Notes: generated by a model from the sequence alone, not told the origin. A stretch of DNA of 32,000 bases from Candidatus Micrarchaeota archaeon (GCA_043816005.1 JBDRIM010000073.1:1-32000), one strand, 5' to 3'; shown: positions 1-8,545, counted from the stretch's first letter. Translations and numbers: made by a program.

Positions 1-287
1 TTATGTTTGAATGTTATACTGTCTGCACCATCCCGTGCAGCTATTCTATATAGATCTTCAAATTTTTCACTATCTCTGAATGTTATTCGTTTAATCAACA
101 CCATTTCTGATTTTGTTGGTCTCCAACTGTGACTGAGAGTAATACTATTCTGTTTTTCATCCTTTTTTGTAGCGACTGGTACTTCTTTAGTGAAATCCGG
201 AAGGGTGTAGTCATCATGTTTTTCAGTGCTTAGGCTGTGTAGTCTGTCATCGGAACTATGCACAAACGAATACTCAACCTTTTTCAT
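1..287 (-). CDS. Hypothetical protein, C-terminus beyond left window edge
   Basis: Open frame from ATG (complement 285..287) to base 3: MKKVEYSFVHSSDDRLHSLSTEKHDDYTLPDFTKEV...DGADSITFKH; absent from the ORF track because it is truncated. Confidence 0.6.
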   Translation of the reverse strand, partial: MKKVEYSFVHSSDDRLHSLSTEKHDDYTLPDFTKEVPVATKKDEKQNSITLSHSWRPTKSEMVLIKRITFRDSEKFEDLYRIAARDGADSITFKH

Positions 288-395
288 ACTAACTCCCTCG
301 CTTCGCTACTACGTTTATATATTTTATGCCACCAACCATTTTTAAATCTGTGTTACAGTTATTCGAGAGGTGCCCCTTATATCACAGGAGTCAAT

Positions 396-1139
396 CTAGT
401 CGGTTTCTATTCGTGGCGCAAGGTAGTATGTCACTTTGGCTCCATCTAATTCATATTCTAGTTTAAGTGGCCTATCAGTTTCAAGGTTTATGGTAACTAT
501 AGAGCTTGCAGTTGTTGCTTTAACCATATCCTCTAGATATTGCAGTGGAAATGTTGCCCTTGCAGCAGCCCCTGCACTTAATTCAATAACCTCAGTACTT
601 CCTTTATCAAATTCAGCTCTAACGTCGCCATTTTCCCCTCTAACATCAACGATAAACTGTTCTGGAGTGAGTTGTAATCTCACATGTGAACTAATTAGTT
701 TCGCATCCTTCAATGTTTCCTTTATTGCATCTGCCCTTATCTTAGCAATGTTCTGAAACTCTATTTTGGGTTCTCTTTGAACCCTATCACCAGTTTCGAT
801 TAGTGGAATTTTGAATGTTTTTTTATGTTTATCTCCAAAGAATTTTATTACTAGTCTTCCTTCTTCGACTGAAAGTTCAGCTTTTTCACCTTTCTTACCT
901 CGTGCCAAAACACTTGATAATTGGCTAATATCAACCCCCAGCTTTCTTTCCTCTGGAAGATGATATTCCACAAATGCTGCTTTTGGCATTACAAAGGAAA
1001 CCATAGAAATCTGGGATGGGTCCATGGCTTTGAGGTAAAGTCCATCGTTTTTTACTTCAAACTGACCTTCTTCAACTAAACAAACAATTGAATCTATTGC
1101 TGATTTCAAAGCTGGAGCATCTTGCACAACTAGTTTCAT
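396..1139 (-). CDS. pcn: DNA polymerase sliding clamp (PCNA)
   Basis: 247 aa; LKAMDPSQISMVSF, N-terminal clamp motifs and C-terminal YYLAPRIE are typical of archaeal PCNA. Confidence 0.96.
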   Translation of the reverse strand: MKLVVQDAPALKSAIDSIVCLVEEGQFEVKNDGLYLKAMDPSQISMVSFVMPKAAFVEYHLPEERKLGVDISQLSSVLARGKKGEKAELSVEEGRLVIKFFGDKHKKTFKIPLIETGDRVQREPKIEFQNIAKIRADAIKETLKDAKLISSHVRLQLTPEQFIVDVRGENGDVRAEFDKGSTEVIELSAGAAARATFPLQYLEDMVKATTASSIVTINLETDRPLKLEYELDGAKVTYYLAPRIETD

Positions 1140-1214
1140 ATTAATACCTCCCTATCTGATTCCCTTCCTCTCAGTATAAATACGGTGATAAGAAATAAAA
1201 GCATAGGTTTTTTG

Positions 1215-1290
1215 TTTTTTTATTTAATGAAAATGCGTCCAACGCGTTTTGTGGGGGTTCGAAGAGACACCAATCCATTAAATAAAAAGA
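1215..1290. other. Compact palindromic region upstream of pcna
   Basis: 13-bp perfect inverted repeat TTTTTATTTAATG (1217-1229)/CATTAAATAAAAA (1276-1288) encloses the hairpin AAAATGCGT-CCA-ACGCGTTTT (1230-1250). Confidence 0.6.
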
Positions 1291-1305
1291 AACTTAGTGC
1301 GGGGG

Positions 1306-1324
1306 TTCGGGGGTCTCCCCCGAA
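1306..1324 (-). terminator. GC-rich hairpin, candidate terminator or processing site of the dCMP deaminase transcript
   Basis: Perfect 8-bp stem TTCGGGGG-TCT-CCCCCGAA, one base beyond the stop codon of the small ORF; a T-rich tract follows on the minus strand. Confidence 0.45.
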
Positions 1325-1325
1325 T

Positions 1326-1427
1326 TCAACTAAAAAGCAACTCAAAAGCTACTCTTCCGGTCATCGCTTTCGCTCTCACTGGGACGGTGATATCATCGTT
1401 GCCAAAGATAATTTGAACAGGAGCCAT
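1326..1427 (-). CDS. Small ORF, 33 aa, coupled (TAATG) to the upstream deaminase
   Basis: MAPVQIIFGNDDITVPVRAKAMTGRVAFELLFS; start overlaps the deaminase stop codon; below the ORF-track length cutoff. Confidence 0.45.
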   Translation of the reverse strand: MAPVQIIFGNDDITVPVRAKAMTGRVAFELLFS

Positions 1428-2431
1428 TAAATTTTACACTGTCTCACAATAACCCCCGCTTCTTTCAATAATTTGAGTGGTGCTTCACCAAGTGGATATT
1501 CTACATTGTAAATGACTTCTGAAATACCAGCATTCAAAATCATTTTTGTGCAGATTAAACATGGTGAAAACGTAGTGTAAATTATTGTTCCTTTAATTGA
1601 TATTCCATGATAGGATGCCTGTACAATTGCATTTTCTTCACCATGAGAACAATAACACTCTTCTAAATTTTTACCGCTCTCGGCAAATGAATTGCATCTC
1701 GGACAACCACCTTCATTACAATTTCTTACTCCTCGTGGTGTCCCATTATATCCAGTTGAAATAATTCGTTTATCCTTGACAATTACAGCAGCCACTTTTC
1801 GTTTAATACAATTGCTTCTTGATGCAACAACCTTAGCAATCCTCATAAAATATTCATCCCAACTCGGACGTTCAAATCTGAATTTTTCTGATATCTCACC
1901 AAGCGTCTGATCCACTACATCATAAAGATGCTGTAAATCTCCGTCGTTTGTTATTTTTTTATCTGCTTTACCTACTGCGTCCATTATGGATTGGTGGGTT
2001 GCCTTATCGCTTTTCTTTTCAATATCTTCTATTCTGACAAACGCTTCAAATGTTACTGGATCTCCCTCGCGTTTTCGTACTTTCATTCTTCTGAAACGAA
2101 CATCCGGAGATGCAGTAATATAAAATAAAAAGAAACCTGGCTGTGATTTTAATTCATCAACCTCAGCAGCATTTCTTATAGAATCTACGACGTAATTTTT
2201 GTCATTTTCTGCTTTCAGAAGGATTTTCTTTGCCAAGATGCTAGGACCGAACTGTTCTCGCATCTTATTGCCTTTTTTAATAAGTGTTTCACGTGTGATT
2301 TCGATTCCTTCGCCACTTAATTCCTCTCTAATTACATCAGAAAGAGAAAGATAATAAAATCCTTTTTTTCTCAAATACTCGCAAATAGTACTTTTTCCAG
2401 CGCAATTCTCACCAGTTAATCCAATAATCAT
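1427..2431 (-). CDS. P-loop kinase-like domain fused to dCMP/cytidine deaminase domain
   Basis: N-terminal GENCAGKST P-loop; C-terminal zinc deaminase motifs HGEENA and SPCLIC. Confidence 0.88.
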   Translation of the reverse strand: MIIGLTGENCAGKSTICEYLRKKGFYYLSLSDVIREELSGEGIEITRETLIKKGNKMREQFGPSILAKKILLKAENDKNYVVDSIRNAAEVDELKSQPGFFLFYITASPDVRFRRMKVRKREGDPVTFEAFVRIEDIEKKSDKATHQSIMDAVGKADKKITNDGDLQHLYDVVDQTLGEISEKFRFERPSWDEYFMRIAKVVASRSNCIKRKVAAVIVKDKRIISTGYNGTPRGVRNCNEGGCPRCNSFAESGKNLEECYCSHGEENAIVQASYHGISIKGTIIYTTFSPCLICTKMILNAGISEVIYNVEYPLGEAPLKLLKEAGVIVRQCKI

Positions 2432-2456
2432 ATTTATTGTTTATGTGGAAAGTTAT

Positions 2457-3002
2457 TTAGCTATAACTAGAAGACTCGTGTGTACGTCCAAAACAAAAAT
2501 CCCTTATCGGCAGTAATTGCTGTCCTTTTTGCGATTCTCCAAATCCATATCTCGCATAATAATCCCTAAGTCTTTTATCATCAGGCATGATCTTAACTAC
2601 GGAAATATTCCTATCTAGCGCCAATGCAACAGTTTCAGATAATACTACACCAAAAAAACCACGTCCTGTTGTTTTGGGATGAGGTGCATCATAGAATCCC
2701 GGAGCTCCATTTGTAATGCGTGTAATTTTTGCACATTTTCTTCCTAATCTTATCTGCGCAATTATGTGTAATCTTACAACTATCTCATCTTCGCTTATTG
2801 CACAAGCGACTACGACGCTGGTTGTTCCTCGTTGTTCATGAACAAAAGAGACAAACAACTCTCCTCTGTCATTTCCCCATCTATTTTCTCCTTTTACTAT
2901 CAATCCCTCTGGATTCATAAGTCTTAACTGAAGTTGTTGTTTTGTAGATCTAACTCTAGTTAGTTGCAACACATCTTCTCTTGGTAAAATTATTCGTTCC
3001 AC
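2457..3002 (-). CDS. Hypothetical protein, possibly GNAT-like acetyltransferase
   Basis: 181 aa; C-terminal LRDYYARYGFGE resembles the end of a GNAT fold; weak assignment. Confidence 0.45.
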   Translation of the reverse strand: MERIILPREDVLQLTRVRSTKQQLQLRLMNPEGLIVKGENRWGNDRGELFVSFVHEQRGTTSVVVACAISEDEIVVRLHIIAQIRLGRKCAKITRITNGAPGFYDAPHPKTTGRGFFGVVLSETVALALDRNISVVKIMPDDKRLRDYYARYGFGESQKGQQLLPIRDFCFGRTHESSSYS

Positions 3003-3039
3003 ATACCTATACTATGTGGTAATAAATAAAAATATACGT

Positions 3040-4785
3040 TTAGAAATATCTTCTCAACATTTTCTTAATCTCTTCAAAAAGAACTTTTTCATGGTCATTT
3101 AACATTGAAATTTGTGCATCCCATTTTTTTATTTCATCTTCGTTCATATAACTATAAAGTATTTCTCCTGCAAATACATTTTTTCCAATGGTTATCCCAT
3201 CACATGATATAGCAAGTTGATCTCCAACTCCGGCCTCGTCAACTTTTTCTTTTTCCTTTTGTATCTCCCTAATTTCACCAACTAAGTCACCATTTTTATT
3301 CATAACCCGGTAATTTTTCTTTACTCTTCCTGCCAGAACTTCAACACCAAAAATAGCTGGTTTTGATGCACGGAAAATGTAGCCATCCAAAACCTTAATC
3401 TTACCTGGCCAAACTACTTTTTCAAGTGCATATTTCTTTATCTCATCCTTTTCATTCTTTACCCATTCAGTATATTGATCTATCAATCGATAAATAATAT
3501 TGCTATAAATTATTTTTATTTTGCTGTTTTGTGCTTCTTCGTTTGCCTCATCAAGTATTTTGACATTAAAACCTAGGACAACACCGAGAAAAGGTTCATT
3601 CAGTGCAACTGCTGATGCGGCAAGCACATCCTTCCTAGTTATATTTCCAACTGCGGCATCACGCACATTTATCCCAACGTCTCTGAGTAATCTTAGGAGT
3701 GCTTCAACGGATCCAAGGCTATCAGCCCTTAATATTACGCCATCTTCCCCAGTTTTTTGAAAAATTACACTTTTGAACTGTGCTTCTATTGCTTTTTTAT
3801 CTCTCTCAAAATCCTCAACAACTTCTATTGGTGAACCCGGTATTGCTCCTTCTAAATCAGATGCATAAATTTTTACCCCTGCCGCAGCTACGACATCATC
3901 AACAAAAACAAATTTGTCTTTACCGCCCAAATTAGGTTCAAGCAATCCACGCACTTTGGTTCGTGCGATTCCATTTGAACTCATAAAAATAATGTCGTCG
4001 TTTTTTCTTAATATCCCCTCATAAATAATAACATCTATTGTCGTTCCAAGCCCTTTCTCTTCCTTAACTTCAATTATACTTCCCTTTCCTCTTCCATTCT
4101 CATCTATAAGGAGTTCATCACCAAGGAATTTTTGGCTTAATCCACCTATAAGAACAAGAAGTTCGCTTAATCCTTCTTTTGTTTTAGCGCTTATCGGAAG
4201 AATGGCAATGTGTTTTGTAAAATCATTTATTCTGTCAAATCTGTCACTATCAAAACCATATTCTGAAATTTTCCCCATAATATCGTATAATTTTTCGTCC
4301 AATCTTGTTTGGATATGTTCTGGTTGCCTTGCTAAAGCTTCGAGAAATGATGTTGTTTTTACTGTTTTCCAACCATTTATGGCATCAATCTTATTTGCTG
4401 CAATAACAAATGGTGTTTTGTATTGTTTAAGTATTTTTATACTTTCAATTGTTTGAGGTTGAAATCCACTATTTACATCAATAACTAGAATCACTAAATC
4501 AGCTAAACTCCCCCCTCTATCTCTTAAGTTTGTAAATGCCTCGTGACCTGGTGTATCTATAAACAAAAGACCTGGTATTGTTAAATTCACCTTCATCTTT
4601 TGTGCCAGATCAGTTGCAATTTTGTCTATGTCCTCTTTTGATACATAACTAGCTCCTATCATCTGCGTTATTCCGCCTGCTTCTTTTTTTGCAACTACAG
4701 TACCGCGAACCGAATCAAGGAGAGTTGTTTTGCCGTGGTCTACATGGCCTAAAATACATATTATTGGTGAGCGTTTGAATTTCAT
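3040..4785 (-). CDS. infB: Translation initiation factor aIF5B / IF-2 family GTPase
   Basis: [24 protein letters not shown] and NKID (AANKIDAI) GTPase motifs; 581 aa full-length archaeal architecture, no intein. Confidence 0.95.
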   Translation of the reverse strand: MKFKRSPIICILGHVDHGKTTLLDSVRGTVVAKKEAGGITQMIGASYVSKEDIDKIATDLAQKMKVNLTIPGLLFIDTPGHEAFTNLRDRGGSLADLVILVIDVNSGFQPQTIESIKILKQYKTPFVIAANKIDAINGWKTVKTTSFLEALARQPEHIQTRLDEKLYDIMGKISEYGFDSDRFDRINDFTKHIAILPISAKTKEGLSELLVLIGGLSQKFLGDELLIDENGRGKGSIIEVKEEKGLGTTIDVIIYEGILRKNDDIIFMSSNGIARTKVRGLLEPNLGGKDKFVFVDDVVAAAGVKIYASDLEGAIPGSPIEVVEDFERDKKAIEAQFKSVIFQKTGEDGVILRADSLGSVEALLRLLRDVGINVRDAAVGNITRKDVLAASAVALNEPFLGVVLGFNVKILDEANEEAQNSKIKIIYSNIIYRLIDQYTEWVKNEKDEIKKYALEKVVWPGKIKVLDGYIFRASKPAIFGVEVLAGRVKKNYRVMNKNGDLVGEIREIQKEKEKVDEAGVGDQLAISCDGITIGKNVFAGEILYSYMNEDEIKKWDAQISMLNDHEKVLFEEIKKMLRRYF

Positions 4786-4887
4786 CTAAAACACCTAGAA
4801 GTTGTGATGGTTACTACTTTTGGTCCCTAGTATTCAAATTCCTTTCTCATCCATATATACTCCCTGATTTACCATAAACACACACAT

Positions 4888-4895
4888 TTATAAAC
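4888..4895 (+). promoter_or_regulatory. TATA box for the downstream 670-aa ORF, probable leaderless transcript
   Basis: TTTATAAA lies about 25 nt upstream of the first possible start codons (TTG 4915/GTG 4918). Confidence 0.5.
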
Positions 4896-4914
4896 ACTTT
4901 TAACCATAATAAAT

Positions 4915-6927
4915 TTGGTGATATTGATTACTGCCCAGCAGCAAATAAGGCCACCGACCATGAGAGAACATGTAAAAGCATGTGGTGGTTTTGGTAGCTA
5001 TCTAAAAGAAAGCCGAGCAATCTCAAGGTTAGAAGATATGCTGCGCTATCCAACTACCCACCCAGGCCAAGAGGGCCAAGAAGTTTTTAGAGAAGGAATG
5101 CGTCTTTTTTCTGGTCTTACACCTGTTGGTAAAGAAAAAGTTATGTTAGAACTGGCACATGACCTCAAGTCCATCCGTTCTTATCCATTTGATTCACCAG
5201 AAGCAACAAGAAAACTAACTACGCTGGCGAATTTTTTTACTGAGGCTACAGAATTACTTCCAAAAGATGAACAAGGTGATATATGTAATGGGCCACACAT
5301 TCCTGCCATCACATCAATAAAAGATCTTTTTGAAGCAGATTCATTTTACGATCATACCAATCCTGAACACGTTGCTGCCAAAGAAGCCTGTCTTAAAGCA
5401 CTTTGGAATCTTGGTTATGGTTATATTGGTTTTTGGGAGCCGATTCTATTAGCTAATGATACTGTTTCAAAACAATGCACTGTTGATATGTGGCTTAATG
5501 AACCAATAAAAAATGAAGTGCCATTTGAGGAACATCCATGGTCTCTTCTAAGAAAACATTTTGATTCAATTAGTCAAGAGCTTTTACAATCCAAGTCACC
5601 AAAGAAATTTGAATTTTTCCAAAGAATGCTTTTTGATGAAGACCAATCCGTAGTTAAAAAAACACTCCAACTACTTGTATATTCAACTGATTTACCAGAA
5701 CATTTCTTTAGGCTTGCCCAGGATATTTCAAGAACATATCCAGATTTGGCACCACAAGGAAATTTACTTCACGCTATAATTGAGTGTAGGAACAAATTAT
5801 CTGAAGTAGGTGATGGACAATATTCAGCTGCACTCCAATTACTTGCATTTTATCAACGCGGATTATCCTATCTTGGGCCAATGCTTCAAGAAGCAGGAGC
5901 AGAAATGCTTTCAAATTATCATGAACCAAACTCCACAGTTTCAGATGATCCTGCTGAAAGAATATCCACATTAGCTATGGTGGGTATTAAAATCCCAGGT
6001 TCAAGGCTATCTTCAGTACCAGTTGAATCACAGCCAGATTTAGAAGCACATAGAGGTGCAGATGTTGAAGAGTTATGGCAATTGAGCATTCAAGAATTAA
6101 ATATACTAAGTCGTATGATTTGGGCAGGTCGTAACACAGTATCAGCAGATGAAGAACAAGAACTTGAAGCAATAGGTGCAGTTGCATTAGTAAAAATAAA
6201 ACAAATAGAAGAACAAAGAAAAGCATTGAATGTTCTTGTACAAATTACGCAAGCTGGTATTTCGATAGATGGATTTAGATTGAATATTGTTACACCTGGA
6301 GGGACTCAAGAACAGAATAGTGAAAATCCGCTATATGCATATATCGGTGCATCTGCTGATGTATTACAAACTCTTAATTTTGCTCAATTAAAAGAACTTA
6401 ATGAAATTGTTTGTTCTATCAAGCCCAGAAGTGAAGACGAGCTTATTGAATTGGATAAAATCGCATCAGTTGCAACCAGAAAACTCGAACAATCTGGAAT
6501 ATTTAATGGTCTTCGTACAAGGTCGGGTCCAATAGATTCACCACCAGCATGGCTTATGGAAGGTACAAGAGGTTCACCACTTAGATTCTCGAGATATCTT
6601 TTTGCTGATGGAAACAAGGTTATTTCCGGTGAATTTTCTTTCACATCTAAGTTTTTACGTGTTCCTTGGATGGAAGACTCAAAATCATGGCTAACTGATT
6701 ATTTATATCAAATACACTCACATCGTCTTCGCCAAGTTGGTGTTCTACTGAGGCAAATCGAAGAACCATTTCAATTATTGGCAGATCTTGACCATGAAGA
6801 ATTAGTTACATTAAGAGAATTTGTTTCTGGAAACCTTCCAGTCGGAACTCTCCCAGAATCAGAACAATTGTCTATGGGTAAACTCATATCGGCTACAATG
6901 CTGAAACTTTACCAAAGATTCTCATAA
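4915..6927 (+). CDS. Large predominantly helical protein of unknown function
   Basis: 670-aa uninterrupted ORF; Leu/Glu-rich helical composition; no recognised catalytic motif. Confidence 0.8.
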   Translation: MVILITAQQQIRPPTMREHVKACGGFGSYLKESRAISRLEDMLRYPTTHPGQEGQEVFREGMRLFSGLTPVGKEKVMLELAHDLKSIRSYPFDSPEATRKLTTLANFFTEATELLPKDEQGDICNGPHIPAITSIKDLFEADSFYDHTNPEHVAAKEACLKALWNLGYGYIGFWEPILLANDTVSKQCTVDMWLNEPIKNEVPFEEHPWSLLRKHFDSISQELLQSKSPKKFEFFQRMLFDEDQSVVKKTLQLLVYSTDLPEHFFRLAQDISRTYPDLAPQGNLLHAIIECRNKLSEVGDGQYSAALQLLAFYQRGLSYLGPMLQEAGAEMLSNYHEPNSTVSDDPAERISTLAMVGIKIPGSRLSSVPVESQPDLEAHRGADVEELWQLSIQELNILSRMIWAGRNTVSADEEQELEAIGAVALVKIKQIEEQRKALNVLVQITQAGISIDGFRLNIVTPGGTQEQNSENPLYAYIGASADVLQTLNFAQLKELNEIVCSIKPRSEDELIELDKIASVATRKLEQSGIFNGLRTRSGPIDSPPAWLMEGTRGSPLRFSRYLFADGNKVISGEFSFTSKFLRVPWMEDSKSWLTDYLYQIHSHRLRQVGVLLRQIEEPFQLLADLDHEELVTLREFVSGNLPVGTLPESEQLSMGKLISATMLKLYQRFS

Positions 6928-6936
6928 AGTGATCTT

Positions 6937-7173
6937 ATGAATGATACAATTGCATTTTTGATAAAAAAACTTTCTAGTAAAAGTGTTATGGAAAGGAAGG
7001 AAGCAATAAAAGAACTTAAGCACCATGTCCAGAGTTCAGGAAATCACCTGGCAAGATTATCATTAGATTATATCTCAGAACATGATCCTTCTTATACAGT
7101 AAGAAATCTGGCAAAACAGGCACTATCCTCTCAAATAAAACAACCTGTATGGGAACGTACTCATCTCTTCTGA
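6937..7173 (+). CDS. Small HEAT-repeat-like protein
   Basis: 78 aa; one or two helical repeats (ERKEAIKELKHHV... DPSYTVRNLAKQAL), 9 nt after the preceding stop. Confidence 0.6.
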   Translation: MNDTIAFLIKKLSSKSVMERKEAIKELKHHVQSSGNHLARLSLDYISEHDPSYTVRNLAKQALSSQIKQPVWERTHLF

Positions 7174-7182
7174 CTAAAAGAT

Positions 7183-7193
7183 ATTATATAAAA
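7183..7193 (+). promoter_or_regulatory. TATA box for the tRNA-Val gene
   Basis: ATTATATAAAA about 30 nt upstream of the tRNA 5' end at 7221. Confidence 0.6.
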
Positions 7194-7234
7194 TCTATTG
7201 GAACATCATTCTGCTACTATGGGCTCGTAGTCGA

Positions 7235-7284
7235 TTCCGACTTTTTGGAAAAAAGTCGGCCAAAAACTTTTTGGTTAAACGACA
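7235..7284 (+). other. tRNA intron 1 (D-arm), about 50 nt
   Basis: Exon GTCG (7230-7233) pairs intron CGAC (7280-7283) with ATT and AAT flanking bulges, resembling a relaxed bulge-helix-bulge. Internal hairpin CCGACTTTTT-GGA-AAAAAGTCGG (7237-7259). Boundaries +/-1 nt. Confidence 0.7.
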
Positions 7285-7306
7285 ATGGTAAGACGCCTGC
7301 TTGACA

Positions 7307-7523
7307 TTTTCACCGTTTAGAAAACAACAATGTCGTGATACGACATTGTGCCCATAAAAACGAAAAATCGTTTTTATAGAGGGGTGAAACCAAAACGGTC
7401 TGTAAATGGCCGATCAAAAACATTTGGAAAGAGAGTTTTGATGCACATAATTGTTCGATCTCTCGAACAATTTGCGTCTTGAACGATTCATCGTTCAAGT
7501 ACGACTTTTTCCAAAAGTTGCAA
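7307..7523 (+). other. tRNA intron 2 (37/38), about 217 nt, highly structured
   Basis: Exon UGAC (7302-7305) can pair intron GUUG (7517-7520) with bulges AUU and CAA. Hairpins at 7327-7349, 7354-7377, 7449-7472, 7478-7499. Boundaries +/-1 nt. Confidence 0.78.
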
Positions 7524-7573
7524 TGCAGGAGATACGCGGTCCGATTCCGCGCGGGCCCAAATCTTTTTTTATT

Positions 7574-8497
7574 TTATAAATACTCAAATCCTCCCCTTCT
7601 AAATCCACTCTCAATAATTCCCATGAGCATTTTATCACTAAAAGTTGCATCTCCATAGTGTGGAAGATGATCCTTTCTCAAAGGAATTCTTCTTGCTCCT
7701 TCTCCTTCCAGGTATACTGCTGTTAAGGCAGGTATTGAAGGCGGAAATACTGATACTGGTACTGTGATTGTACTAAGTGGTCTTCCTAAACCTTCACGGT
7801 TAACATCTTGCACTGCTTCTTTCCATTCTTGTTGAGAAAACCCAGCCAAAAGTGAATGCATAAAATCTTCATCATTTGCTGGTATTCCAGTTGGGCTTAA
7901 TTTTACAATACGCTCTGCAAGTTCTCTTGTTGGTGGTCGTACAAAATCAACAAGCAAAACTGCACCGCTTGGTGAAACATGCCATAGCATATTCATAAGT
8001 AATCTTCTCAATGCTTCTGGATCCTGAAGGTGGTGTGCTAAAAATAATGAAATACTCGCTGCATTTTTGTTTGCTGTAGATAACTTTACAATTGTAGCAT
8101 CACCATGAACGATAGTTATCATACTGTCTCTATGTGCATCTACAATGTTTTTTCGTGCTTTTGCAATCATTTCTGGTCCTAGTTCTATTGCCGTGATATC
8201 TAAATTTCCCATTGTTCGTGATAACATAATATCTAAATTAGCCGGACCACAACCAAAGTCAGCTACAAACCCTCCACCATCCTTTGGCAGGAGAGCCGAA
8301 AGCATGCGTATAAAAGTCCAATATGTTCTTCTAATAGTTCTGCGTCCTGCTTCGTCAAAAGCATCTACACTTGTAGTACTTCTCATAACTGGTTCTGGTT
8401 CAATAATACGTCTGAATTCCTTACAGTCGCGTACTGCTGTTTTGTAAGCATGTGCTAATCTAATAGCTTGAATCGGATTTGTCATATACCCACCCAA
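7574..8497 (-). CDS. SAM-dependent methyltransferase
   Basis: Motif I VADFGCGPANLDIM, acidic ITAIELG, and GDAT motif; 307 aa. Confidence 0.8.
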   Translation of the reverse strand: MGGYMTNPIQAIRLAHAYKTAVRDCKEFRRIIEPEPVMRSTTSVDAFDEAGRRTIRRTYWTFIRMLSALLPKDGGGFVADFGCGPANLDIMLSRTMGNLDITAIELGPEMIAKARKNIVDAHRDSMITIVHGDATIVKLSTANKNAASISLFLAHHLQDPEALRRLLMNMLWHVSPSGAVLLVDFVRPPTRELAERIVKLSPTGIPANDEDFMHSLLAGFSQQEWKEAVQDVNREGLGRPLSTITVPVSVFPPSIPALTAVYLEGEGARRIPLRKDHLPHYGDATFSDKMLMGIIESGFRRGGFEYL

Positions 8498-8545
8498 TAC
8501 TATTAATTATCACATATATTTAAATCACTAGTGGCGGGTATGTAC

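Larger units (their letters stand above)
7221..7559 (+). tRNA. tRNA-Val(GAC), two introns
   Basis: Exons about 7221-7234, 7285-7306, 7524-7559 join to GGGCTCGTAGTCGAATGGTAAGACGCCTGCTTGACATGCAGGAGATACGCGGTCCGATTCCGCGCGGGCCCA (72 nt). Acceptor GGGCTCG/CGGGCCC (7 bp, one G-U), anticodon stem CCTGC/GCAGG with loop TTGACAT, T-stem CGCGG/CCGCG, D-stem GTC/GAC. CCA not encoded; T-rich tract follows at 7563. Confidence 0.85.

Noticed and set aside
1185-1430. 81-aa plus-strand ORF between pcna and the deaminase
   Set aside because: Antisense to the small coupled ORF and made of palindromic sequence; protein-like features are poor.
3040-4785. Intein in the aIF5B GTPase domain
   Set aside because: P-loop, G3 and G4 motifs are normally spaced in a 581-aa protein with no insertion.
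7310-7498. 62-aa minus-strand ORF inside tRNA intron 2
   Set aside because: Lies across the paired hairpins, antisense to the tRNA, with no endonuclease motif such as LAGLIDADG; open frame appears incidental.
7207-7559. Initially considered RNase P, SRP RNA or another large ncRNA
   Set aside because: The terminal segments assemble into a complete tRNA cloverleaf, and no conserved RNase P or SRP motif was recognised.
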